Shown here piece by piece: positions 1 through 10,041 of a DNA stretch of 64,000 nt (positions are counted from its first letter, which is position 1; every line of letters starts with the position of its first letter). A program made the position numbers and the translations under genes. Below the pieces are notes generated by a model. That model was given only the letters and a program-made list of their open reading frames with translations. It searched no databases and was not told where the DNA came from. The stretch is from Nannocystis bainbridge (GTDB lineage Bacteria; Myxococcota_A; Polyangia; Nannocystales; Nannocystaceae). The stretch lies in assembly GCF_028368995.1 (NCBI RefSeq), contig NZ_JAQNDL010000005.1, forward strand, positions 192,001-256,000, in the 5' to 3' direction.

Positions 1-1638
1 GCTCTTCCAGTCGCCCGGCCGCAGCGTCTTGACCAGCGCGGCCTGCTTGGTCTGCGCGTCCTGCAGCGCCTCGCGGGCCCGCTTGCGGATCGCCACGACC
101 TTCTCGAACTCGTCGATGATGAGCTCGCCGGTCTGGCGGATCGTCTTGACGTCGGCGGCGAGGTCACCGACATCGGCGTGGCCGAGCCAGTAGTAGTTGT
201 CGACCAGCCGCTGCGCCTGCGCGATCAGGTCCTCGTAGGTCTCGCGCCGCGGATCGCTGTTGTCGATCAGGCGCGTGACGCTGAACGCCTCGCTGATCCC
301 CCGCACCAGCTCGGCGTTGCCGACCTTGGCCAGGTACGAGCCGTCGGTCGGGGCCGCCGCCGCGAACTCCGCCGTCATGAACGGCGTCTGCCACACCTGC
401 ATCGGGTGCAGCTGCGCCTGCTCCTCGCTCTGGGCGCGGAACACCACCAGCTTGCCGTCGCGGAACAGGCTGTAGCCGTTGCACTGGATCGGGTTGGCCA
501 TCTCCTTGCGGATCAGGTTGTACGGGAACAGCACGTAGCGGCCCTGATCGCGGCGATAGAACACGTAGAGCACGTCTTCGCCGTTGGGCGCGTCGATCCG
601 GCGCTCGAACTCGAAGGCCCCGGTCTCGCCGCCGAACTGCTTGGTGTCTCCCGTCGTCAGGTAATAGCCGCCGGGAAACACCACCCCGTGGCCCTCGGGC
701 AGCTGCATGCAGCTCTGGCCGATCGCGTCGACCCGCGCGACCGACTTGAGCCGCGTGTTGTAGATGAAGAAGCGCGGCCTCTGCTCGCGGTACGGCAGGA
801 TCTGCAGCAGCACCAGCGGGCCGACGAGCGCGTACGAGAACTTGGCGTCGTCGAGCGCCTGGTTGGCGTCCTCGACCGGCTCGCGGTAGATGCCGAGGCC
901 GTCCTTGGTGTTGTTCTCGACCTTGATCGTCAGGTCGCCGCCGACGGTCTCGACGAACACCAGGTCTTTGATCGACACGTGCGGGTGCTGGCCCGAGACC
1001 TGGTCCTCGCGCGTCGTCGGCGTCCACTCGAAGTCGTGCGAGGCCGGCTTCGGCAGCTCGCGATCGCCGCGCGTGTCGACGTAGCGGACCCCGCCGCGCG
1101 GCAGCACGTTCCAGTGCAGCACCTTGACGTCGGTCGTCGCCGCGCCGATCTGGAAGATCGCGAACAGCTTGGTGTCCGTCGCCTTCAGCCGCTGCAGCCG
1201 GGTGTCCTTGTAGTACTTGTAGATGTCCGTGAAGTCCTTGACGAACTGCTCGCCGTCGAGGAGCCCGGGCACCTTGTCGAGCGTGGCCGGATGCATGGCC
1301 TGACCCTCGGGCGCGCTGCCGTCGAAGGTCTGGATCGAGAACACGTCCTCGATCGCCACGTCCTTCTTCATGCCGAAGAAGACGTTGTAGCCGAGCAGCA
1401 GGTGGCCGCCGGTCTGCACGATGTCGGCCGGCACGCACGCGTGCTCGGTGCGCACGCGCTCGTTGGCGACCACCTGCAGCTCGCTGCCGCCGAACGCCTG
1501 CTTGCGGCGCTCGTTGAGCGCCCCGGTCTTCTCGGCCAGCGCCTTGCCCTGCACGACCAGGCGGGCGCGAATGACCTCGTAGCCGCCGCTCTCGAGCGCC
1601 TCGCCGCCGTCCTGGGGCTTGTCCTTCGCCTCTGCCAT
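1..1638 (-). CDS. DUF3686-type 'DNA repair' AAA ATPase, N-terminal part (runs off window start); not in the ORF track
   Basis: Own translation from ATG at 1638: MAEAKDKPQDGGEALESGGYEVIRARL...GGHLLLGYNVFFG...VFVETVGGDLTIKVENNT...PNGEDVLYVF...HPMQVWQTPF. These motifs are typical of the flotillin-associated large ATPase; the gene lies 12 bp downstream of flotillin. Confidence 0.85.
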   Translation of the reverse strand, partial: MAEAKDKPQDGGEALESGGYEVIRARLVVQGKALAEKTGALNERRKQAFGGSELQVVANERVRTEHACVPADIVQTGGHLLLGYNVFFGMKKDVAIEDVFSIQTFDGSAPEGQAMHPATLDKVPGLLDGEQFVKDFTDIYKYYKDTRLQRLKATDTKLFAIFQIGAATTDVKVLHWNVLPRGGVRYVDTRGDRELPKPASHDFEWTPTTREDQVSGQHPHVSIKDLVFVETVGGDLTIKVENNTKDGLGIYREPVEDANQALDDAKFSYALVGPLVLLQILPYREQRPRFFIYNTRLKSVARVDAIGQSCMQLPEGHGVVFPGGYYLTTGDTKQFGGETGAFEFERRIDAPNGEDVLYVFYRRDQGRYVLFPYNLIRKEMANPIQCNGYSLFRDGKLVVFRAQSEEQAQLHPMQVWQTPFMTAEFAAAAPTDGSYLAKVGNAELVRGISEAFSVTRLIDNSDPRRETYEDLIAQAQRLVDNYYWLGHADVGDLAADVKTIRQTGELIIDEFEKVVAIRKRAREALQDAQTKQAALVKTLRPGDWKS

Positions 1639-1650
1639 GGCGGCCCCGGC

Positions 1651-3804
1651 TTACTGGATCCCGAGGTCCTTGGCCTTCTCCGCCAGCGCCTGGATCTTCT
1701 TCTTCGTCGCGCCGTCGGCGTTGCGCAGCAGGTCGGCGAGGAACGCCGACAGCGTCAACTTCTGCAGGTCGTCGGCCGACACGCCGGACAGCACCTGCTT
1801 GAGGTCGTCCGGCAGGCTCTTCTTGCCGTCGAGGTAGTCGCCGAGCAGCTTCTTGAGCGTGTCGCTGTGCTCGATGGTGCCGTCGATCGACTGCGCCGTG
1901 CCGACCGCGCGCACGAACTTGTCGAAGAACTGGCCGTCGCCGCCGACGATGTTGATCTTGGCGTGCTCGAGCGCGGTCGACAGCACGCGGGCCTGAGCCT
2001 CGGCGATGGTCTTCTGGGCCGCGATCTGGGCCAGCTGGACGTCGCGGTCGCGCTCGAGCTGGAGGCGGAACTCCTCGTGCGCGCGCGGCTCGCCGGCGAA
2101 GTTCTGCATCGCCTTGCCCTTCTCGGCCAGGCCGGTCGCCTCGGCCAGCAGCTTCTCGCGGATCGCCGTCGCCTGGGCCACGCCCTGGCGCTCCTGCGCG
2201 ACCGCCTGCGCCGCGCCCTGCTTCTCGACCGCCGCCGCGTCGGCCTCCTTGATCTTGACCTGGGCAAGGCCCTTCTGCTCCTCGCCGCTGGCCTCGACCG
2301 CGAAGCGCTCGCGCGCGACCGTGTTCTCGGCCATGCCGCGCTTCTCGATCGCGCCGGCCTCGGCCTCCTGCACGCGGACCTTGGCCATCCCGAGCTTCTC
2401 GGTGGCGACCGCGTCGGCCTCCTTCACGCGCACGTTGGCGAGGCCCTGCGCGGCCTCCTGGGCCTGGAGGCCCTCGGCCTCGCGGATCTTCGCCTTGGCC
2501 TGCTTGTCGGCCGACTCGAGCGCGGCCTCGGCCAGGATCAGCTGCTTCTTCGCCTCGTGCTTGGCCACTTCCTCGGAGGCCTGGGCGTTCTTCACGTCCT
2601 TGACGAGGCGCTCCTGGGCCTCGCCCTCGGCCTTGATGACGCGCGAATCCTTGACGCGGTTGGCGTCGGCCAGCGCGCGCACGTCCTTGGTCCGCTCCTC
2701 CTCCTCGGCCACGCCCTTCTCGACCGACACGCGCTCGCGGACCACGTCGGCGATCGCCTTGCGCTCGATCTCCAGCGCCTTCTCCTTCTCGATGCGGAGC
2801 AGCTCGACCGCCCGCTCGCGCGCGATCGCCTCGGTCGCGCGGGCCTTCTCGACCCGCTCCGTCTCGACCTGGACCTCGCGCTCCTTGGCCTTCTCGGCGA
2901 TCAGCACCGCGCGCAGCTTGTCCTGCTCGGCCTTGCCGATCTCGGCCTCGTTGGCCTGCTGGACGACCGTCGTCTTCTTGTGCTCCTCGCTGGCGACCCG
3001 CATGGCCTCGTTCTGCTCGCGGGCCTGCGACATCGCGATCTCCTTGTGCTTCTTCGCCTCGGCGTCGGCGCGCTGCTGCTCGTAGCGGAACACCGCCTCG
3101 TCGGAGGCGAGGTTCTGCGAGCCGACGTCCATGCGCTCCTTCTGCCGCAGCTCGTTGGTGCGCACGTTCTGGGCCGCCGTGATCTCGGTGATCTTGCGGA
3201 TACCCTGGGCGTCGAGGATGTTGTGCGGGTCGAGCGACGACATCGGCGTCTGCTCGAGGAAATCGATCGCGGCGTCGTCGAGGATGAAGCCGTTGAGGTC
3301 GCGGCCGATGACCTCGATCAGCTCGTCCTTGAACTGCTCGCGCTTGGTGTAGAGCTCCTCGAACATCAGCCGCTTGCCGACGGTCTTGAGCGCCTCGGAG
3401 AACTTGGCCGAGAACAGCTCGTCGAGGGTCGACTGGTCGGACGCGCGGACGCAGCCGATCGACTGCGCGACCTTCTGCACGTCCTCCGGGGTCTTGTTGA
3501 CGCGGACGAAGAACGTGACCTTGATGTCGGCGCGGATGTTGTCGGCGCAGATGAGGCCCTCCTTGCCGCGACGGTCGATGTCGATCGTCTTGACCGAGAT
3601 GTCCATCATCTCGGCGCGGTTGATGATCGGATAGACGACCACGCCGGAGAACGCGACCTGGGCGCCCTTGCCCCACGTATTGATGATGATCGCCTTGCCC
3701 TGGTCGACCTGGCGGAGGAATCGCGTGACCACGAACGCGATGATGAGACCCAAAAGGAGGATCGCGCCGGCGACGGCGGCGATCAGGATCAGAGTCGGAT
3801 TCAT
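1651..3804 (-). CDS. Flotillin/SPFH-domain membrane protein (YqiK/FloA-like)
   Basis: N-terminal TM, SPFH region (EGLICADNIRADIKVTFFVRVN...FSAKFSEALKTVGK), long AE/EA-rich coiled coil. Confidence 0.9.
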   Translation of the reverse strand: MNPTLILIAAVAGAILLLGLIIAFVVTRFLRQVDQGKAIIINTWGKGAQVAFSGVVVYPIINRAEMMDISVKTIDIDRRGKEGLICADNIRADIKVTFFVRVNKTPEDVQKVAQSIGCVRASDQSTLDELFSAKFSEALKTVGKRLMFEELYTKREQFKDELIEVIGRDLNGFILDDAAIDFLEQTPMSSLDPHNILDAQGIRKITEITAAQNVRTNELRQKERMDVGSQNLASDEAVFRYEQQRADAEAKKHKEIAMSQAREQNEAMRVASEEHKKTTVVQQANEAEIGKAEQDKLRAVLIAEKAKEREVQVETERVEKARATEAIARERAVELLRIEKEKALEIERKAIADVVRERVSVEKGVAEEEERTKDVRALADANRVKDSRVIKAEGEAQERLVKDVKNAQASEEVAKHEAKKQLILAEAALESADKQAKAKIREAEGLQAQEAAQGLANVRVKEADAVATEKLGMAKVRVQEAEAGAIEKRGMAENTVARERFAVEASGEEQKGLAQVKIKEADAAAVEKQGAAQAVAQERQGVAQATAIREKLLAEATGLAEKGKAMQNFAGEPRAHEEFRLQLERDRDVQLAQIAAQKTIAEAQARVLSTALEHAKINIVGGDGQFFDKFVRAVGTAQSIDGTIEHSDTLKKLLGDYLDGKKSLPDDLKQVLSGVSADDLQKLTLSAFLADLLRNADGATKKKIQALAEKAKDLGIQ

Positions 3805-3840
3805 GCGATTAGCGTCCCTCTCTCACGCGCGCCGCCGCGT

Positions 3841-4608
3841 TCACGGGCGGGCGAGGCTGTCCTTGGTCTCGAACGGCTCGACCATGTAATAGTGGGCAGC
3901 GGCGTCGTAGCTCACCAGCACCACGCGCGTGTGCCTGACCAGCGCGTTGGGGGTGGCGCAGCGGACGTCGATGATCAAGTTGGCGCCGTCCTCTTGCAGG
4001 TTGGCCTGGCCGAAGCGCTCGTCGACGCGGCCGGTGGTGACCGTCGCCAGCTTGCCGACGAGCTCCCCGCGACCGATCGGCCGGTGACGCTTGAACGCCT
4101 CGCCGAGCGCGCCGGCGATGAGGCCCGTGAGCATGCCGGCCAGCAGCACCGCGCCGAAGGCGATGCCGACGTGGACCGCGAGCGCCACGCCCCCGCCCGC
4201 CGAGGCGGCGACGCCGTGGCCCAGCATCAGCGTCGCGAATGTCGACAGCGCCCATGCGAACAGCACCAGCATGCTGATCACGACCGTCGCGGGCGCCTTG
4301 CCGAAGCCGATCGCCGCGAGCAGACTGAGCCCGCCCGCGGCGCCCTCGATCTTGCCGCCGACGGCCTCGAGCTTGCCGGTCGCGCCATCGACGGCGCCGT
4401 CGATCTTGCCGGCCATCGCGTCGAGGGCCCCGTCGACCTTGCCGCCCATCGCATCGAAGGCGCCGTCGATCTTGCCGGCCGCGCCGTCGAGCATGTCGCT
4501 GCCGATCCCGCCGAGCAGCGCGAGCAGCCAGTAACCGACCACCACCAACAGGGCGACCGTGAAGATCACGGTGGGGAAGCTGACGATCGCGGCGATGAAC
4601 TCGTCCAT
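3841..4608 (-). CDS. YqiJ/NfeD-like membrane protein with C-terminal OB fold
   Basis: Start reassigned to MDEFIAAIVSFPTVIFT. Three TM segments, C-terminal GKLATVTTGRVDERFGQA...DVRC; directly upstream of flotillin. Confidence 0.8.
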   Translation of the reverse strand: MDEFIAAIVSFPTVIFTVALLVVVGYWLLALLGGIGSDMLDGAAGKIDGAFDAMGGKVDGALDAMAGKIDGAVDGATGKLEAVGGKIEGAAGGLSLLAAIGFGKAPATVVISMLVLFAWALSTFATLMLGHGVAASAGGGVALAVHVGIAFGAVLLAGMLTGLIAGALGEAFKRHRPIGRGELVGKLATVTTGRVDERFGQANLQEDGANLIIDVRCATPNALVRHTRVVLVSYDAAAHYYMVEPFETKDSLARP

Positions 4609-4747
4609 GGGCCAGCAGCGCGGGGGTGGAAATGTTGCCACACCGCCCGCCCCTCTGCCAGGCCGCTCGACCGGTTCGGATTCGCCCGACGCGAGCGCCA
4701 GCTGTCCGTGAAGACAGGTGCTCGCGCGGATCGTCAGCGCCCGAGCT

Positions 4748-6370
4748 TCACGTCGTTTCGGTCGACTTCGGGCCGCGCGCGAGCGACAGCAACGAACGGG
4801 CGATCTGGAGCGCCCCACGCGCCTTCTTGCCGATCCCGGCGCCGTAGATCGCCCGCACCGCGCCCGTCACCAGCTCGAGCGTCGCCGGCCGTACGGGGTA
4901 GAGCGCCATGCCCTGCCGCACCGGGATGCGGTCAGTGACCATCGCCTTCTCGTTGCAGCAGGCGCGCAGGCCCTCGCGGCCGTTGATGCGCCCGAAGCCC
5001 GAGATCTTGAGGCCGCCGAACGGCAGCGACTGGATCATGTAGGCCAGGCCGAAATCGTTGACGGTGGTCATGCCGGCCGCGATCGCGCGGGCCAGTCGCT
5101 CGCCGCGGGCCGGATCGCGCGTGAACACCGACGAGCCGAGCCCGTACGGGCAATCGTTGGCCAGCCGGATCGCCTCGGCCTCGGAGTCGACCTTGACGAT
5201 CACCATGACCGGGCCGAACTGCTCCTCACGGGTGATCCGCATGCTGTGGTCGACGTCGACCAGCACCGTCGGCGGATAGTAGTTGCCCGGCAGGTCGGTC
5301 CGCGGCTGGCCGCCGCACAGCACCCGCGCCCCCTTGGCGACCGCGTCGTCGACCAGCTCCTGCACGATCTCGAGCTGGCGCGGCATCGTCATCGCGCCGA
5401 CGTCGACCTCGCCCTGCAGCGGCGGCCCCTGGCGCAGCGCCTGGGCCCGCGCCACCACCTCGCGCACGAACGCGTCGTAGATGCCGGCGAACACGTAGAG
5501 CCGCTCGGCGCCGACGCACATCTGCCCGCAGGCGTTGAACACCCCGAACGTGGCGGTGCTGACGGCCTGCTCGAGATCGGCGTCGTCGCAGATGATCATC
5601 GGGTCCTTGCCCCCGAGCTCGAGCACCACCGGCGTCAGCGTCTCCGCGGCCGCGGCCATCACCTTGCGGCCGTTCTGCGGCGAGCCGGTGAAGAAGATCT
5701 TTTCGACGCCCGAGGTCACCAGCGCGGAGCCGGTCTCGCCGTAGCCGGTGACGATCTGCACGAGGTCGGGGCTGTGGCCGCGGCGCCGCAGCACCTCGGC
5801 GAAGATCTCGACGTAGCGGAGCGACGACCAGGTCGCCAGCTCGCTGACCTTGACCACCACCGCGTTGCCGGCGAACAGGGCCGGGATCACGGGACAGAAG
5901 AAGTTGTGGAACGGGAAGTTCCACGGCGCGATCACGCCGATGACCCCGAGCGGCAGGTACTCGACGCGCGCGGCCTTGTGCGGCAGAAAGCCGGAGGTGC
6001 GTCGCTCGGCCCGGAGGTCGGCCTCGCCGTGCGCGATCGTGTAGCGGAGCTTCTCGCAGACGGGGAAGATCTCGCCCATCGCCGCATCGACCATCGTCTT
6101 CCCGGAATCGCGCACCGCCAGACGACAGATCTCCTCCTGGTGCTGAACGACGTACTTCAAGATGTCCGAAAGGACAGCCCGTCGCTCCGCCCACGACGTC
6201 GCGGCCCACGCCGCCTGGGCCGCGCGCGCCCGCTGGACCGTCGCCACCACCGCGGCCCTGTCCATCACCGCCGCCTCGCCGAAGCGCTCGCCGGTGGCCG
6301 GGTCGCTGCACGGCAGGACCGTGGGCGGCAGAGGGGGCTCGGGGGGGACAGTGCGCAGCGTGGTCGCCAT
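4748..6370 (-). CDS. Aldehyde dehydrogenase family protein
   Basis: Motifs IAPWNFP, FFTGS, LELGGKDP, GQMC, EEQFGPV, PFGG; start at MATTLR. Confidence 0.95.
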   Translation of the reverse strand: MATTLRTVPPEPPLPPTVLPCSDPATGERFGEAAVMDRAAVVATVQRARAAQAAWAATSWAERRAVLSDILKYVVQHQEEICRLAVRDSGKTMVDAAMGEIFPVCEKLRYTIAHGEADLRAERRTSGFLPHKAARVEYLPLGVIGVIAPWNFPFHNFFCPVIPALFAGNAVVVKVSELATWSSLRYVEIFAEVLRRRGHSPDLVQIVTGYGETGSALVTSGVEKIFFTGSPQNGRKVMAAAAETLTPVVLELGGKDPMIICDDADLEQAVSTATFGVFNACGQMCVGAERLYVFAGIYDAFVREVVARAQALRQGPPLQGEVDVGAMTMPRQLEIVQELVDDAVAKGARVLCGGQPRTDLPGNYYPPTVLVDVDHSMRITREEQFGPVMVIVKVDSEAEAIRLANDCPYGLGSSVFTRDPARGERLARAIAAGMTTVNDFGLAYMIQSLPFGGLKISGFGRINGREGLRACCNEKAMVTDRIPVRQGMALYPVRPATLELVTGAVRAIYGAGIGKKARGALQIARSLLSLARGPKSTETT

Positions 6371-6732
6371 GGCGCGGCACCTTAGCGGCTTTGCCGGCGC
6401 GCCGACTTGAGCCGGATCACGTCGTCTGCAAACATCGACGCGTCGTCGGTCCTCGCATGCTCCTGACCTCTGCCGCGCCGCTGATGGTCGTCGAACCCGA
6501 ACTGCCCGCGCAGCGCAGGCCCGGGCCCGCCTCGACGCGTCCCGGCGCCTCACCGGGCCCGCGCCGGCTCACGCACCGCCGCGTCCCGTGGCTCGCGCGA
6601 GCGGCGATTCGGCCCACGCGCGGCCTCGGCTTCGCTCGCCGGGTGAAGCGCGCCGCGATGGATCGACGCTCGCCGCGAGTCTCCCATCACATGGTCTTCA
6701 GGACAGGTCAAACTTAACCTCAGGACATCGCC

Positions 6733-7608
6733 ATGCTGCACGCCGTCGCCACCGCTCTGTTGCTGCTGCAACCGCCCGCGCCCGCCCCTCCGTCGCCCGC
6801 CGCCGCGCCCGCCCCTGCGCCCGCGGTCCCGTCTCCACCGAGCGCGCCCGCCCAGGCGGCTCCTCCGGCGCCCGCCCAGCCCTACGCCGACCCGACGCTC
6901 CCCGCGCAGCCCTACCCACCCGCGCAGCCCTACGCCCAGCCCACCGCGCCCGCGCAGCCCTACGCTCAGCCCACCGCACCTGCGCAGCCCTATCCGCCTG
7001 CGCAGCCCTACGCTCAGCCCACCGCGCCTGCGCAGCCTTACGCCCAGCCCTACCCGCCCGCGCAGCCGCAAGGCTACCCGCCCGCCGGCGCTCAGGGTCC
7101 TGCGAACGCGCCCGAGTCGGTCACGCACCGCCGGCTCGTGTTCGCCAACCTCTACACCCTCAACTTCAACATCCTGTCGCCGATCCCCTCCGGGGACTTC
7201 ACCTTCTTCCTCGGCACCAACCTGCGCCCGCGCAAGAACCGGGCCCGCACCTTCGACTGGAACACCGCGCTCGGCTATCAGCTCACGCTCTCGGTCGGCT
7301 TCGCCGACACGCCCACCTTCGATCTGTCGCCGATCGGCTACTTCGCCTTCTTCGTCCACCGCCACCACTTCACGGCGATGGGCTACGGCGGCGAGAAGCA
7401 GCGGCTGTTCTACTCGATGGGCGGCGGCGTCATGTTCGCGCTGTCGGAGATCGGCGGCGTCGAGGGCGAGGGCCGCCTCGGCTACGTGTTCACCAGGCCG
7501 GAGCGGCGGGTCAAGGGCGTGGTCGGCGGCCAGGCGCGCCTGACCGCCGCGTTCGGGGGCATCCCGCTGCTGCAGCTGGGGCCGTTCATCGGCTTCATGG
7601 CCTTCTGA
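6733..7608 (+). CDS. Secreted protein with Pro/Gln/Tyr repeat linker and a beta-strand-rich C-terminal domain ending in Phe
   Basis: Signal peptide, PAQPY(A/P) repeats, alternating-hydrophobic strands. Confidence 0.7.
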   Translation: MLHAVATALLLLQPPAPAPPSPAAAPAPAPAVPSPPSAPAQAAPPAPAQPYADPTLPAQPYPPAQPYAQPTAPAQPYAQPTAPAQPYPPAQPYAQPTAPAQPYAQPYPPAQPQGYPPAGAQGPANAPESVTHRRLVFANLYTLNFNILSPIPSGDFTFFLGTNLRPRKNRARTFDWNTALGYQLTLSVGFADTPTFDLSPIGYFAFFVHRHHFTAMGYGGEKQRLFYSMGGGVMFALSEIGGVEGEGRLGYVFTRPERRVKGVVGGQARLTAAFGGIPLLQLGPFIGFMAF

Positions 7609-7613
7609 CTCTT

Positions 7614-7670
7614 CGGACATGCCCCCGAGGACATGCGCTCAGGGGCATGTCGCAACGAACATGTCGTTCG
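7614..7670. repeat. 14-bp-period GGACATGTCC-type array
   Basis: CATG at 7618, 7632, 7646, 7660. Confidence 0.8.
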
Positions 7671-7747
7671 AGACTCCTCGTGAAGCGACGCACGAGGCAC
7701 GACGAACGCGAACGCCTCGGCCCGGTGAGCCGCCCGCCCCGCCGCCC

Positions 7748-8995
7748 TCAGCGGTGGAAGCGGACGTGAAAGTGGTCGCGGTGGCCCTTCCAGTGGCGGA
7801 TGATGCCGTAGCCGCGGCCCTTGCCGCGCGGGTACTGGAACAGCTCGTCGAGCTTGGACTCCGGCACGCCCTTCTTCTTGGCGTGCTCGTAGAGGACCTT
7901 CTGCAGCCCGTAGTCGAGGAAGATCGCGCGGACTTCCTTGGTGTCGACGAACGACTTGATGAGCGCCCACGTGCGCGCGACGTCGAGGTTGTCGGCGTTG
8001 CCCGAGAGGAACCGGACCTCGCCGGCGTCGGCGCCCTTGAGCACGAGGCCGACGTCGACGTCGACGCCCTTCTGGTGCGACTTGTGGCCCTTGAGCGGAC
8101 CGCCGCCGCGCGCGCTGATGTCGCCGACGTGGATCTGCGGCCCGCCCTTGATGCCCTTGAGCATGGCGTACTTCGAGATCGCGGCCTTGATCGCCTTGAT
8201 CGTGGAGTTTGTCCCGAAGGCCAGGTTCGGACGCTTGATGTAATAGTGCTTGCCCGTATCGAGGGGGATGCCGATGCGCAGCACGCCGCGATCCTCGTCC
8301 TTGGTCGGCGCGAACGCGGCGATGATGCCGCGGTCGATCATGATCGTGAGCTCGTCACCCGGCCGCAGGCTCTTCGGGTCGTTGTCGAGCCGCTTGCGCA
8401 GCGAGCCCTTCTGCAGCGCGATCAGCTCGGCCACCTTCATGTGCTGCTTCTCGGCGATCCCGCTCAGCGAGTCACCGGACTTCACCGTGTAGCTGCCCTC
8501 CTCTTCGAGGTGCGGCGGCACCTCGGGGTCCGGGCAGACCAGCACGATCTGATTGACCGAGAGCTTGTCCGGGTTCTTCTGCAGCTTCGGGTTGAGCTTC
8601 TTGATGTCGCTCATCCGCACGCCGTACTGACCGGCGATGCGCCCGAGGTTGTCGCCGGCCTTGACCCTGTGCTCCCAGATCGGCGTCTTGCCGCCGCAGC
8701 GCGGGTCGCCCTTGGGCTTCTTGACCGAAGCAGACTTCGCCGGCTTCTTGCTCGACTTGGCCGAAGTCGACTTGCTCGTGGTCGGCGGCACCGGCACCGG
8801 CACCGGCACCGGCTCGGGCGCGATGACCGCTGGCGCATCCTCTTCTTCCTCCTCCTCGGGCGTGCCCGCCTCGGGCGGGTCGAGCAGGACCGGGGAGGCC
8901 GCCGCGGTGGGGACTGTCACGAGCCCGATCCACAGGGCCAGAGCGGTCAGCGCCCGCGGAAGGCGCCCGTGAGGAAGAAGTTGGCTGGTTCGCAT
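7748..8995 (-). CDS. LysM x2 + penicillin-insensitive murein endopeptidase (MepA-like)
   Basis: HRVKAGDNLGRIA and YTVKSGDSLSGIA LysM repeats; GDISARGGG, HKSHQKGVDVD, HRDHFHVR. Confidence 0.88.
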   Translation of the reverse strand: MRTSQLLPHGRLPRALTALALWIGLVTVPTAAASPVLLDPPEAGTPEEEEEEDAPAVIAPEPVPVPVPVPPTTSKSTSAKSSKKPAKSASVKKPKGDPRCGGKTPIWEHRVKAGDNLGRIAGQYGVRMSDIKKLNPKLQKNPDKLSVNQIVLVCPDPEVPPHLEEEGSYTVKSGDSLSGIAEKQHMKVAELIALQKGSLRKRLDNDPKSLRPGDELTIMIDRGIIAAFAPTKDEDRGVLRIGIPLDTGKHYYIKRPNLAFGTNSTIKAIKAAISKYAMLKGIKGGPQIHVGDISARGGGPLKGHKSHQKGVDVDVGLVLKGADAGEVRFLSGNADNLDVARTWALIKSFVDTKEVRAIFLDYGLQKVLYEHAKKKGVPESKLDELFQYPRGKGRGYGIIRHWKGHRDHFHVRFHR

Positions 8996-9177
8996 TCAGC
9001 GCTCCTGTGCTCGAACAGGCCCGGGGGCCTGCGGCGCGGCCTTAGACCGCGGCGAGGGCGCCAGATTCATCATCCAGCGCCCTTCAGGGACAAAAGTCTC
9101 ACGCGCGGCCCCCGGGCGCCACAAACTCGCGAGGTCCTCGCGGGGGCGCCCCGACGCCTGATATACCGGCACGCACG

Positions 9178-10026
9178 ATGGAGAGCGTCGTCATCCAGGG
9201 CGTCGAATTGCGCCTCACTCCGCCCGACGAGATGCGCTGGCAGTGGGTCGGCCGGCAAGAGTTGAAGCGCCAGCTGTTGGCCGCGTGGGCCGTGTTGGAC
9301 GAACAAGATCACGCGCTGTCGCCACGTTTAGTCGGCAAGCCCGGCGTTGGCAAGACGACTCTTGCGTCGGCCGCCGCGCGCGCCCTCGACGTCCCGCTCT
9401 ATGTGTTCCAGGCGACCATGGACACACGGCCCGAGGATCTGCTCGTCACGCCGGTCATCACCGACGGTCAGAAGCTGCGCTACACCGCCAGCCCGCTCGT
9501 CAGCGCGATGATCAAGGGCGGCGTGTGTGTCCTCGACGAGGGCAACCGCATGAGCGAACGCAGCTGGGCCTCGCTGGCGCCGCTGCTCGATCGCCGGCGC
9601 TACGTCGAGTCGGTGGTCGCCGGCGTCAAGATCCACGCGCACCGCGACTTCCGCTTCTGCGCGACGATGAACGACGACGCCAGCACGTTCGACATCCCCG
9701 AGTACATCCAGAGCCGACTGCAGCCGCAGATCGTGATCGATTTCCCCGAGCGCGACGAGGAGCAGGCGATCCTGCAGGCCAACTTGCCGTTCGCCAGCCC
9801 GCGGATCCTCCAGTACCTCGCGGTGTTCCTCCAGCGCGCGCACGAGGACGACCAGCCGTTCACGGTGCGCGACGGCATCAACATCGCCCGCTACGCGCTC
9901 AAGCTCGGCGCCAGCGATCGCGGCGGCCTCGACGTGAAGAAGCACGTGCGCCAGGCCACCGCGATGACCCTCGGCGACGACGCGCTCGACTACCTCCCCG
10001 GCGAGGTCCCGCTCGAGCAGCCTTGA
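9178..10026 (+). CDS. AAA+ ATPase (MoxR/CbbQ-NirQ-like)
   Basis: Walker A GKPGVGKT, Walker B VCVLDEGNR, FRFCATMN. Confidence 0.9.
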   Translation: MESVVIQGVELRLTPPDEMRWQWVGRQELKRQLLAAWAVLDEQDHALSPRLVGKPGVGKTTLASAAARALDVPLYVFQATMDTRPEDLLVTPVITDGQKLRYTASPLVSAMIKGGVCVLDEGNRMSERSWASLAPLLDRRRYVESVVAGVKIHAHRDFRFCATMNDDASTFDIPEYIQSRLQPQIVIDFPERDEEQAILQANLPFASPRILQYLAVFLQRAHEDDQPFTVRDGINIARYALKLGASDRGGLDVKKHVRQATAMTLGDDALDYLPGEVPLEQP

Positions 10027-10041
10027 CCTGAACTTTCGGCC

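Noticed and set aside
178-4938. 1586-aa plus-strand ORF and the 1170-aa ORF at 164..3676
   Set aside because: Antisense or alternate-frame shadows of the flotillin operon, typical of high-GC DNA
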